Assembly (NCBI RefSeq): GCF_022539665.2
Contig: NC_081331.1
Location: 4,526,001-4,590,000 of the forward strand
Reading direction: 5' to 3'
DNA: 64,000 nucleotides
Source of the DNA: Daphnia carinata
Taxonomy: Eukaryota
Each line of letters starts with the position of its first letter. The first letter of the stretch is position 1. A model generated the notes under the pieces. That model did not search any database. It saw only the letters and a program-made list of their open reading frames with translations, and was not told where the DNA came from. Of the stretch, positions 47,301-59,600 are shown in pieces. A program made the translations under genes and the position numbers.

Positions 47301-50300
47301 TCATGTCAATTGAAATACTTTAAGATAGTAATAAAAAGAGAAGAACAAGGAAAATTGTTAGAATGTGGAAAAAAAAAAGATAGGGGGAAGATTCTAGAAA
47401 GAAAAGGTGCACTTACCGGAGGACGCACGACGGAATCGGACGAGGTCGTCGATGTTCTGCAAGTCCTCGTCCGACTTGCAGTTGCCGCCAATCAGACCTG
47501 AAATTCATCATCCAACAAAGGAGTGTTTAGCCTTGATTTACGATTTCATTTCGACTAGATAAAACATTTGAAGGAAATCATTCCCATAACGGGGGAGAAT
47601 GTGACAAAGGCAATGGATTGTGCGAGGAATACCAAGGAGACATGACAACGCATCTTTTTCTCATTCGTGATTGATTTTACCTTCATCGGAGCCGTCAGCG
47701 CAGTCCAGGGCTCCGTTGCCAACCAGCGATCCGCTGATGCAACGAGGCTGCCCGCACAAACAGGTAAACTCCCAAGGCTGGCAGTCTATTTCATAAAAGA
47801 AATACAAATCGTGAACTACTTTGAAAAATCCAGAAAATATGATTGGCTAAAAATAATCAGTGCGAATCATTGAACACGAACAAACGTCATTTTTATTACA
47901 CAATTTCTAGCTTTGTTTTTTTTTTTCGCACAATTTTTATGAATATTGAGTCACCGCTCTACATAGAAATAAACGACGCCTATTCAATTTCTCTCTCGAT
48001 AAAAAAATGTCTAAAAAAAACTCCTATTTTTTTTCGTCACGACCATCATCACGATTAGGTTTGCTCAAGTGTTGCAAAACTGGGACGACCCATTGCCGCT
48101 GCATTTTGTGGAAGGCTTAGACACGTGATAGCCATGAATGATGATGAGATTTTATATTTTTTTTTTCTTTCTCTTTTCTTATTTCTGCCTCCTTGACTTT
48201 TTCCACTGCGTTCGGTTTCATCGCATGTTTTTTCGTGACTAGGTAAGTTGGCTCACGTTGGCTGTTCGGATGAATCGTGTTTCTTCTTTTTCGCTATAAA
48301 GTGGCACTTTTTTCTTTCCCTTTCTTCACCGCTAGCTCTCTCTCACTCGCCAACCTCGTGAGTGATTGTTTGCCAAAGAGGTCGCCGTTAACGCATCTAA
48401 AAGTCGGAGACGGCCAAAAAAATAAATTCCCTCTCTCTCTTTTTGCCTTCGAAATGCGCGTGGGATTATGAGGGAGAAACCGGTTTCTTCACGGCTTCAT
48501 CAACGAGACGTAGTTATTGCTTTCCGACCAAACAGTCGAAAGAAAACCATGAAACACCTTTCATTCCTTTTGAAAAAAAATAATAATACCGTAACGCGTT
48601 ATCGAGCTGTTCTAATCTTTTGTATCCTTCATTTACCTTGCAGGTAAGAAGAAAAACGTGAGCTTATCAAAATAAAAGTCAAGCGAAAATCATGCATCTC
48701 CGGAATTGAATATTGAACACAAAAAACACTTGTCTGTCAAGTTCTTTTTCGTTAAGACATTGATGTAATCATAAAAGGGGCGGCGAAGTAACTTGCGCAG
48801 AGGGAAATTCAATTTTAAAAAGGGGGGGGGGACGTGAGGGTGTTTTCTCTTGGCAGCAAAATAACCTGCTGGCCATATTTTTACTTAACCGTGAAAGGTG
48901 TTCAGACGGTCTGAGATCAAATATGGACGCAGAGCTTCTATGTTGTGTTGATCAAAGGGCCAAGGTTTCGCTATTTCGATTGCATTTCTGAGAGTTGTCC
49001 GAAACATTCTTTGTTGAACTGATGAAAAGTGGAAATCAAGGATATGGCGGGGCCACACCCAATGCGTCTTGCTTACCTCCAATGCAGACTGCTGAAAAAA
49101 AAAATTAGAATTCCAAGATAGCAATCACTATGCGAGAGACAGTATCACCCCCCCAGCTCCCTGCTTGACCATGTGATCTAAACATGGTAATGTCACTCTA
49201 TTTTTAAAGAGAAAGAGGTGACCGAGATTTGTCCCTAGCTTTTTATAAAGCTGTCTAGCTAATTCGTAACGAAGGTCATTAAAAAAAAAAAAAACATTTT
49301 AATTGACAAACTGGGCTTCTTAGCAAATAGCCGATACAAAACGGAATAACAATTAAAGAACAAAACAACCAATTGTTTTGTTTTTTAAATGTCGTTTAGT
49401 CATTGCAGTGTCGAAATAGTTTTTAGGAGGGGAAGCTCTAGAAGAGTCCAGGTAGGTAGGTATATATGTCTAACGGGACATTGGAGGATAGTCGGTTCGG
49501 GAGTCGGGGCACCGAGTTCTTTCCGCACCGGCGCATGTATAGGACGTACGGTGTATACACAAAGTGCTTACTATTTCGACATGCACCGGTGGTAATACCC
49601 CGTTGTGTTTCACGCATCTCAGTTATTCCTTTGTCTCCCACTATTCATCATGGCTTTTGCCCCTCTTCTTCAGCACATTTTTTTTTTTTGCCCAGCAACA
49701 ATAAATGCATTTTTTCGTGACGCTGCATTACCATACGCGCATTCCGAAAGATGCACATGTTACATGTACAGTAAGAAACAGATTGGGCGATTATTGTAGC
49801 GTGCAGATTTGCTGGAGCCAATCGAATGCACAAAGATATGATTCGTCCTTGTAACAAGTTAATTTTACTTCCGCGATGCGGACATTCTTTTGCAAGCATA
49901 TGTTCGAAGAAATCAGTGAATAACAATGTCGATCTGCTTGCAGATATTTCGATAGTTTTCCTGTTGAAAATTTCTTTTTAAAATTAAGAAATGGCTAGTT
50001 CCAGTGAATAATTTCATTGCCGCCCGGTTCTTACACAACAATTTCCTCCGTCCTCAGACAACATTCACTGTTGGCTTCGTGAAAGGTGCGTATCCTTGGT
50101 GACTCACGCTGATGGAATACAAAACGATTATATATGGGTGGCTGATGAAATTGATTGCCTTGCCAGGATCTACTAAAATCCAAAAACGGTTCCATGTAAC
50201 ATGCAAAACAAATTCCTTTATGCTTTAAAAATTTTGTTTAAAACATTTTTGCTTGAAAAATATTTCTTTCCGATGGAAGTGGTTAACTGCCTGACCCTCG

Positions 50301-53300
50301 TGACGGCGTCGGGTCGTAGAAGGGCGGATAAGAATGGAAAAGAAAAATAGATAAAACGACAAAGGGGAGAATCAAAGGAAAAACACGCAGACGGAACAAC
50401 GCATGCGACCGCACGGCCAAAGTGAATGTGGTCATCATCATCTAGCCTATCGCTATCTTCCTTCTTTTTCTAGTCCCATCGTGTGCATCGGGACTTGCAC
50501 CCTGCGGGGGCTTCAACGAAGTTGAAAGGCCAGAAGAGAATGAATAACGGGACTTGCTGTATAGCGTGACCTCGCCAGGAATGCCGATGCACCGTGAAAC
50601 GCAGCAAGCGCAAGGTAGGAAAAAAATAAAAAGGAAAGGACCTGCGATCGCATCAGACTCACCAAAAAAATCCGAAATAAATTTGGTTTTATTTGTTTTA
50701 TTTCTTCTTTCAACTGTGAATGAAATGGTGGACATTTTCTACGAGTTCCGCACGATAGGCGGTAACGATCGACTACACGGCGGCCATACAAGTTCATAAC
50801 TTTCTCATCGCATACAAAACTCAATCCTCATTCAGCATTTTTTTTTTTTTGCTCTTTCATTTTCCGCTTAGCTGATTTTTCTGTAAATGTATCACGATAC
50901 ACCGCCTTGACGATATGCTGATGTGAACTCATTCACCGGATCGGTTGTGGTACATCCACAGAACGTATACCTTACGGTACAGTTGGGTATACACACGGCA
51001 AACAAAATCCAGACGATGGATGTAGTGAAACATCAGCACATCCATCAACCATCTTTCACGATCCGTTTGTAGAGCGGGTCTCATCCGTATCGTCATTTTT
51101 CCGTGTGTGTTACACAAGAATGCCATCGTCTCCTCCCATTTTCGGTTGAGATGAAAGGCATGTCGACAGTTTGAGGTTTACGAAATTGTTTTTTTTTTGT
51201 TTTGTTTTGTTTTTTCCTGAGGTTAGAAAGCGTATTTGATACGGCTATTCCCTAAGTTGCCCAGCTTTTTTTTTTAGTATATGTTTATACTTATCTATTA
51301 AATGCAACCGTCTTTATTTTTTTTTTGTTAAGGTGATGTTTGTTTCAAAGGGTTGTTTTACGAGCACAGCTCGAGATTATGTTAATGTTACACAGCATGG
51401 TGTAATCGGGTGTGTGTGTCTAACCGCCAGTTACGGACCTGTTCCATCATGTTCCTATTCTAGATTTTCTATTTGGATGTTACCTCTCTTCGCTTGATGA
51501 TCTAAATAGATTCTTTTAACGGGAGTATTCGATCAACGTGCCAACAGACCACCAATGTACGAGCCAAAACAAAAGAATGCTCCCCCCCACAAGAATTATT
51601 TGGAACAGAAAAAGAAATTGGACTCACCTTCGTCGGATGCGTCCGGACAATCGGCGACGCCATCCTGCACGCGTTCCACCTCGATACAGATGCTGGGGTA
51701 ATTCCGGCAAGCCACTTGGGTCGACGGGTCGCAGACGGACGTTGATCCTGCTGCGCCAGCTTTTTGATGATTGTCGGCCAGAAACATAAAAAATGAAATG
51801 ATAGAAAAAAAAAAACAAAGTCGTTTAGATATTAGCGTGACGTGGCATGCCAACTGCTGCGTGCGCAGACAGTAACGCACAAAAAGCGGATCCCATGTTC
51901 CAGTGCGTGATTCATATTGAACTCATCCGCCCTGTCCCTACATGGCATTTTTCATGGCAGCCTTTTTTTTTTTGTTTTTGTTTTTCAAAGTCAAACTCGT
52001 AAAATACGTCAGGGCAAAGAAGAAGTTGCACTACAATTGAGGAAGTCTCATATTGAGCCGGGTAAAGGGAAAAGGGAGGGTCGTCGAGGGCGTTCCATGG
52101 CCCAATGGGGATAAGACGGATCATTTCCGCATGGATTTCAGAAGATTGTATAAATTTTATACGACGATATAAAAACACGAGTTGCACTGACGATCGCGTT
52201 GCAAAGATGAAGCCAAAAAGGTGCGATTTCCAATTATCGATGAATATTAAAAAAAGGGTCATCATCGAGGAAGCGCTCGTGCTATCGTCAGCTGGCCTCT
52301 TTTCAAGCTAATCAATTATGGACGTGTAAAATGGTTACGATGTAACGAGCTTTGTGCTCAGACACACTGAACCAACAGCACCAATTGGGTTGATCGTTAA
52401 TAATTGTAAAAGAAAAAGGTGGACGATTTGCATAAGACATGCATATGAAACTAGTAAAAAAAGAAAGAAAACAAAAACAATTGCACGTATACTAAAAAGG
52501 AAATGAGTTTTTGGCCACTAGCGCCCCACACTACCGTTACGAGAGGAATTATTTGTCTGCAAGAAGAAGAAGAAGACAAATAAAGTGGAATGCCGAGTCC
52601 GGCATGACGCAGAGAAGAAGACCGCGCTGACTATCGTCCGGTCTATCCGGTTCGTGTCTTCTCGGCTATCTTTCGTCACTTGATTCACAAGAAGTTTTTG
52701 AACTCACGTTGTTGGCGATACGCAGCTAACGATGGGTTCAGTCCCGGTCCGGGAGGGAAACGCTGGTGAGGTCAGCTAGGGACGTTCACCTGCGACACTT
52801 TTGTCGGCTCCAGCCAACAGCCCAAAAATGTAAAAGGTCGAAATGCAAAAGAGCGCATCTCTAACGCACACACACCTATAACACACGCAGACACAGTCCG
52901 GGACTTCTTAAATGTTTACAATGTCCAAGACTAAACTTGCGCTGCCGGCGTCGTCGGAATTCTTATGGGCACGGCTTGTGAGGGGTCAACATCTAACAAA
53001 TAGGTGCCCTCCAGTCTCTTAACCGTTTATGGAACTTCAGTAAAGAACAGCCCCCACTATTTGCGCGTGGTAAGGCAAAACCGCCGGAGTTCGTTGGACC
53101 ATCCCGAAATGTAAAAAAAAAAAAAAATGGAGAAACAACAAGAAAATCTAATAAAAAAAAAAAATAAATAAACAAATACTGAAAGAAAACAAGTATCTAT
53201 TTTTTTTCTCAATATCGAGGCCAGGGAAAGAATTTTATATTTTTCGCTGACCAATTTCGCAGTTGGAGCGTGATCTATTGCGAGGGAAGGCGGGCGGATC

Positions 53301-56300
53301 TAACGGAACGATAGTGTACACACATACAGTGACGTACGCATATCTGATTTCCTCGACTTTGAGTTATCGGAAATTGTTCGCCCTTTTGAAATGTCTTTCC
53401 TGGTTCAACATTTTGTTTGCACTGTCCCTTTGAAGAAACTCACGAAGCTCCTCGTGAAGAATTTCGCGTGTTCACAAGGTATGGCGTCCAAATTTGCTCT
53501 AGATTTGAAAGCTCAGTGATTCCGACATTTTGAGTCATCACATACGCAACAGGAATAATAACTCTCATCCGTCCGTGACTTGGATAGGAAAATGCAAAAC
53601 TTTCTACTAACAAAAAAGAAGAAAAAAAAAAATGTGATTCCTGGTCAATCATCTTCTAGTGTTAAAACTTTTTCCTGGTTGTTGTTTGCCAAGAAAAAAT
53701 CGTGGCTATAGAACTCAACACAAGAAAAACAGGGGGGACGAAATGATTTCTCTTTTTTTCCTATGGATGCGAGCGCGATAAGAATGACTAGATTTCCAGA
53801 TTATAATGGCGGAAGTATTGATTTCATTAACCGTCAAATGTTTGTACCCATCGCTATGACTGCCTTATGCAGGTATATGACATCAGCCGCCCACATTTCC
53901 ATTGCACGTGAATGTAACGGGACCATTTCGGGATGATGTACAACCGTAAGAGAACACCTGTGTTCTTCTGATTGCGTTCATCCGTGACCCTAACCCCCTC
54001 CCCTCCTTTTTTGTTTTTCGTGTTGGCTGTCAGAAGGAAGTAACGAATCTTCCCTTTTTGTCGCAATCGTTCTCATTTTCTCTGCTGTGACGTTGTACTA
54101 GTAGTAAATGTCGGAGACATTTAGCGACCCGCAAGATCCCCATCAAATCATCAAAAGCTTATAATATCGTGCCTTTGGGACATGACGCAAATGTCTCTAT
54201 TCTACTTCTCATCAAGACGAAGAAGAAAAAAAAAAATATATTTCTGTTTCCTTTCATTCCCCCTTTTTTTCCGTTTTTTTTTTGTTGGGTGAATATAGTC
54301 CGCTATTTTTACCACCAGAATGGGCGCGTACCGAATAAAGAAAATTCAAATTTAAAATAAATTTTTGCTCCGTTTTTTTTTCCAGTTAGCATGTCTGCCC
54401 TTTAAATTTCATTCCTTCTGGTGAATAATGTAAAAAGAAATAAAAGGGAACTCTAACACTGTGTTTAATAAACTACGATATGCTGGGCATAACGGTACGG
54501 CACCGACGACGCTACTCATTTACTTCACTTCTCTTTTTTTTTTTTTTTTTTCTTTTCCTTTCCACCTTCGTGAGCGCCCAGTGTCCAAAAAGGCTAATCC
54601 CGTTTTCGATTGGGGTGTTCCAGACTAGCCCGTTATTTAACTTTTTTTTTTCCTTTCCTTTCTGTGTGTTTTCTACTACATCCTTTTCGTATTTGGGTAA
54701 AAGTTCGTTTGTTCTCTCTCTTCCCCCCCTGAATGGCCGCTCCCAACCCTAATTTATATTACGCATACAAAAACAGTTCCAGCCTTTGTTGGTAGGAGAG
54801 ATTTGCTCTCCCTTTCCCCAGCGCACACTATCCTCGCCCTGTTAGTTTTGTTTTGAGTTGCTAAACGACATAGGAAACAATGTAAAGCTTGAAGGCATGA
54901 AATAGATGCGCGAGTGGCATCCATCTGCCTAACGTTGTGTAATATTCCACGGTGTGCGGAAGCCGTTACTTGATTGACCAATACATTCAAAGAAGAACAC
55001 AACAGACTTTGCAATGGCAATAATATATGCAATTTTCTAACGTTTCTTCTTGCCATTGCGAGTTCTTTTATGATCAATACGTTTACCTGGCCCGTTTGTT
55101 TTGCAGCAGGGAAAATGTCATGGCCAGTCTTTGTTTTATATTTATCGAGAAATATTTTTTTTTTTAACCAAACGTCAATATGTTTTTCTTTAACTATTTG
55201 TCATCAAACTATCTCCTCCTCCCCACCAAAATTCCCATGACGTCCTAGCAAAAAATTGCGTGTTTGTCAGCAGCCATTCGTTGGCAGGCAATACATCTAA
55301 CTGTACACAACAGCCTATTTACCACAAAAGGCAACACCCGAAAACAATTGGCCAGCTGGTTGGAAAACAAAAAAATTCCGCACCCAGATGTTTATTTTCT
55401 ATTTGCAAGCAGATTTTTTTTTTTTTGTTTTTTTTTTTTTTTTTTTTGTTTCAAAGATTGAAATCTTCGCAGCTCGTTGGCGTGTAGTGCCAAGGTGAAA
55501 CACAACATCAGGGCATCTTATTTTCGTCTGCCGGATTTCTGGTTGACGATGTTGCGGCCATCATCTGCTTCTTGCCCGCTGGTTCACCTTCCAAGTCTAT
55601 TTATGGCAAGCCTCATGCGCCTCTTGCCGAAACCTTTGCGTGCCGAACAAAAATGAAAAACCCCGCTGATTGGCGTCTGGGCTGCTGCGGGCGTCACTAG
55701 CCGTTCATTTTTCTCGATCGAAATACGTTAGGAAACACAAGGCCAAGGCGCCGAGAAGATGAACGAGTCCCTTACGGTACATTTGGCACCAAAAAAAGGA
55801 TTTCGTGTAATTTTTTTTTTATTTTCAAAATAAACATTTTTTTTTTAAAGGCTTTTTAGCGATCGAAAAACAGTCAACGTTTTTTTTTTTTCTCGCGGCG
55901 ACCCAACGAATTGAAGTTATAATATATGCAATTTGAAAAAAGGAACGGTTTTAGTGCATTGGTCGGGTTGAGCATAATTTGTGGTGGAGAAAATGTTTAT
56001 TTTTGATTGTGTTCGCTTTCATGTTCTGCGGCGATTTGAATGCGACAGCGCCTTTCAAACGAAATCCATAACCAACGGAATTGACCATCTATTTATTTTT
56101 GAAAATAAAAAATTTCTACGAATGGAGAAGACGATCAAAACAGGATGCCCATCAATGGTTGCGACGAGCACTGGGAACGCTTTGCCCAAAAAAAGAACCA
56201 CGGTAATTTGAATGCGCGAGTAGATTGGCCTTACATACCTGCCCTAGTCTAATCCTTTTTTCTTCTTCTAATTCCCTCTTTCTGTTCTGCATTTCAGTGG

Positions 56301-56649
56301 GGTAAAACTCGTGCGGTCGTCCCGTTTCAAGTCCCGGTGGTCGCTATACAAATTTGGCTTCTAGCTACAGAGCTCGAGTACGACGCTTTTTTTTTTTTTA
56401 CCTGTAGTAATCATTTCAACGTTCACGGTTTCATTGAAACGGTTGAAAACAACACACAACTGACACAATTGCGCGTAATGCAAACTGCCGGTTTCATTCT
56501 TTGTTCGCTTCGAAAACAATTCACGCAAAATCAACTCAGTGAATACATGTGAAATAAATCCTACCTTGATTAGCGGTGATGAATGTGGCGTTGAACAAGA
56601 AGAGAGCCACAAGAGCAACGCTCCACCCACCGATGGATGGCTGCTGCAT
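29315..56649 (-). CDS. Giant type I transmembrane mucin-like protein (signal peptide, 2 LDLa-like, S/T-rich DUF4758-like repeats, EGF, SEA, Ca-binding EGF, EGF, TM, cytoplasmic tail); pawn-like; ~5,070 aa if the frameshift at ~43985 is corrected
   Basis: Exons (minus strand): 56649-56565, 51759-51628, 47785-47681, 47497-47417, 46355-37373, 36963-36922, 36859-36689, 36592-33750, 33687-32391, 32325-31945, 31883-31746, 31675-31550, 31489-31363, 31270-31168, 31091-30876, 30797-30767, 30686-30602, 30397-30341, 30156-30075, 29759-29725, 29666-29606, 29347-29315. All are GT-AG with consistent phases. The pawn/DUF4758 resemblance is from recalled domain architecture, not a search. Confidence 0.8.
31363..32325 (-). 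CDS. Mucin gene exons 10-13: SEA-like domain, Ca-binding EGF, EGF, transmembrane helix
   Basis: SEA-like region with [51 protein letters not shown]...[39 protein letters not shown] followed by basic LRSRRAK. Confidence 0.88.
32391..33687 (-). CDS. Mucin gene exon 9 (S/T/P-rich stalk and first EGF-like domain)
   Basis: ORF 32350..33678; contains three GxGxILxPGL repeats, a poly-E run and [13 protein letters not shown]...CMCRPGY...C. Confidence 0.88.
33750..36592 (-). CDS. Mucin gene exon 8 (T-rich repeats, then P/Q-rich region)
   Basis: ORF 33726..36629; ATCCAG|GT acceptor, CAG|GTTTTT donor. Confidence 0.88.
37373..46355 (-). CDS. Mucin gene giant exon 5 (8,983 nt; ORFs 43957..46425 and 37365..43907 separated by a 1-nt frameshift)
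   Basis: S/T/P/V/E-rich, with recurring motifs YTTFTYxTTFxxG..SREETVTN and GLISSxxGxLVNNGxTTxYTxxVxGTxIDGxYA on both sides of the break. Confidence 0.85.
39309..39362 (-). repeat. 12-bp coding tandem repeat (TETK) x ~4.5
   Basis: TTCAGTTTTCGT units on the plus strand; translates to [18 protein letters not shown]. Confidence 0.9.
47417..47497 (-). CDS. Mucin gene exon 4 with furin-type site RFRR
   Basis: [33 protein letters not shown]| ... CCG|GTAAGT. Confidence 0.78.
47681..47785 (-). CDS. Mucin gene exon 3: second LDLa-like module
   Basis: [35 protein letters not shown]; phase 1/1, AATAG| ... G|GTAAAA. Confidence 0.82.
51628..51759 (-). CDS. Mucin gene exon 2: LDL-receptor class A-like module
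   Basis: [35 protein letters not shown]; donor GAAG|GTGAGT. The exact acceptor is uncertain (51759, 51750 or 51747, all in frame). Confidence 0.8.
56565..56649 (-). CDS. Mucin gene exon 1: signal peptide
   Basis: [28 protein letters not shown], then a phase-1 donor CAAG|GTAGGA matching the next exon. Confidence 0.7.
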
Positions 56650-59600
56650 CTTGGGGACTCGGTCGAAAGCGGGAGTTTGAACTTTTGATTGCACGCGTTT
56701 AGCGCCTCCGTCAAAAGAAATTTCAAATCGAACCGAACAAATAAAAAGCAACTGCCTGTCGGTTAGAACACAAAAAAAAACGTGTAATCCTGGTCAGTTG
56801 AAGACACCCGTTGAAATGGAGCGGAGATGAGCAGTTTTTATTTTTTTATTTTTTGCCACCAATCAAGATCAGCGCTGCACCGATGACACACAAGTAAACG
56901 CCGGTGAAAGAGTTACCACCATCCACTTCAGCCGTTCGTCAAAAAGAAACGCGAGAGTTTCGCACACCGCAATAAATAATCTTTCTTTTTCCAGAGTAAA
57001 AAAGAAAGAAAATTTGAAATGCGAAGAAAGATTGGAACTTTTCTTTTTGTTTTGTTTTTTCTACGTTTGACGGTTGATTATGTTGAGATAAAAATGTGTA
57101 TTTTCGTTGAAGTGGCGGCCGTAGCCTAGCCGGTCTGTCGTGATGGACTGTTCACCTGGAACTGAGGCGCGGTGCCAGTCGGTTGCTTTGCTATAGTCTG
57201 AATGCAGCAGCCAGTGCAATGAGAAGAAAACGAAGAGAATGACGAAAAAAATAAAAAGGAATAGAGGGAAGATAGGAAAAATAGAAAAAGCACCGCTTCA
57301 AAAACAGGTGGATTGCCAGAGGCATCAGGAGGAGGAAGTTTTTTTAGCCGAAAGAAGGTGGGTGTCGTGCATGTGTGTGGCGCAGTGGAGCAACTTTTTT
57401 TTTTTTTCAGGGGGGGGGGGGGGGAGGGGGGAGCTGCAAGAAACAACAGAGAAAGGAGAGAAAAGAGAAAAGAGAGAGGCCAAAGAGGCGGGACGAACAT
57501 TCTCGGCTAACGATAGAAAAAAGAAAAAAAAAAAAAGAAATAGAAAAAAAAAAAAATTCGATTCTTTCGCTTAATACATGTATCGATCTATCAGAGTTTT
57601 CGCCCATTTTAAAAATTTCAATTCATTTTTTCGTATGACGCAAGTCGACCTTTTAACTGGTAAACGCCCTCAATCAAGCCATTGTACAATCAAATTCGCT
57701 TAGAAAAACATTTGTCTTAATAATTTCGATATGATGCACTGGGCAAATCCCAACTCTCGTGCACAATGTCTGTTGAAAAGGGAAATATACTCATACGAGT
57801 CGGCGTGTGTTTCTGTGCCATGAATTAGGAATAGAAAGAAGGCAAACATCGAAAAAGAGAGAGAAAGAAGCCGACACACACATGATGCGTAATGTGTGGC
57901 GTGCGTGAGTGCATCTGCCGACGAGTTCTCCTTCGAGAAAAAAAAAAAAAAGGGTTAACACAACTTTTCCTCGACAGCCTTGATCTCCGGTGCACGTTTG
58001 TTGTTTTTTCTTTTTTTTTTTTCGTACATTTTATATGAGTTTATGGCGTCGGCGGCGTCAACTGCTTCTTATTTCTATTTATTTTTAGTATTGTGGCTTG
58101 TCTCCCATATGTTTCACACAGATTTCGTCTTAAACGAACTAAAAATAGATATGAAAAATTAAACAAAAAAGGAGGGGGAAAACGAAACTCGTAATTTTCA
58201 GAATCAATGGGCTGGAAAACGAAATCTAAAAAAAATAAAAAAAAAAAAGGTCGTCGACTAATAAAAATGCTGCTGCGAATCACAAAAGAGTGAAAAATAC
58301 ATCGTAAAGAAAGGCGAGTCTATTCGTTGAAAACGTAGATGGGGAGAAAGGAGAGACCCTAACGAGATTGCGGTTCACGACCACTGCCAATATTATATGC
58401 CTATACACGTCGAAAATAGACATCACATCTTTTGTTTTGGGAAAAAAAAAAAGAAAGCAAAATCGGGAGAAAATGGACCGTACCGACCAAGAGCCCATCG
58501 GTGGTTATCGAGTAGTGATCGATTGATCGTGTACCTATGGCGCTCGTTATGTTTCTCCGTGTGACTATTAAACAATCTAACGGAAAGCAGTCCGAACATC
58601 TAATGGAGGGCGGTAGAAATGAATAACCACAGATTTCCCTAATGAATGCGGCACCTCCCAGGCACATGTATGAAGAATGGCGCAAGAAAAAGCGGTGCGC
58701 AATCGTAACTTTCCATTCATTAAATAAAGTGTCGAATGTAATACAACAAGGAAATCACCTCATCGTTTTTGCGGCTAGTTTCTTCTGCTTTAGGGGAATA
58801 AGCAAAAAAACATTTGAATGTTTCTTGTTGTCTCCCTTTTTATTTATTTATTTTTTTAAGGAAAACAAGGTAACATTCCAAACTGAGCTGGAGACCATGT
58901 GACAGCTGAATGCCTCGTTTAGGCCACGGTCCGTGGTGTTGAAACGGACTAATCAAAATAGCGCATCATCCCGCCTTCCACCTTTTGGCTGTCGCCTTTT
59001 ATTAAATAAATTTTAAAAAATTCCTGTGAAATGAATGAACTCGGACACTGCCAGCCACGTGTATCAAAACATGAAAATCAAGAATTAAGAAAAGGTATTC
59101 TTTAAAACTTTTGTCTTCAACATAGGCGGAAGAACGTTTTCGAATTATGCCGCAAAGAAAGAATCACATATTCTGAAAGCATAACTCTTTTCAAGTGGAA
59201 AACATGGTTTCACTCTTAATATTCCACCCTCTCTTTTAACCCCCCAAGAAGACGTGACACTGTTTGATGTGCGCGACACTCTTCCATAGCGACATTATTC
59301 TTCTTCCTGGGGTTATCCGATCCTTCGTGTGAGTCAGCAATGCAATCCCTTTCTGAGAAAAACAAATAAAACAAACTGCCCACCCCTTTGCAAGAACAAA
59401 GCTACCCGCATGTTCACAATCAATTAGCATGCGATTTAGCTAAAAACATCCACCGTTCCATTTGTGTTTGGACATTTTATTTGCCTACATATTTCCGGAT
59501 GACCGTTCCTCCCCCATTCCGTTCGGTGCGCATGTTGGCATTTCCGTTATTGGCAAAACAAATTGACGTGATCCAGCACGCGTCGCGGCTATGCGAGCGC

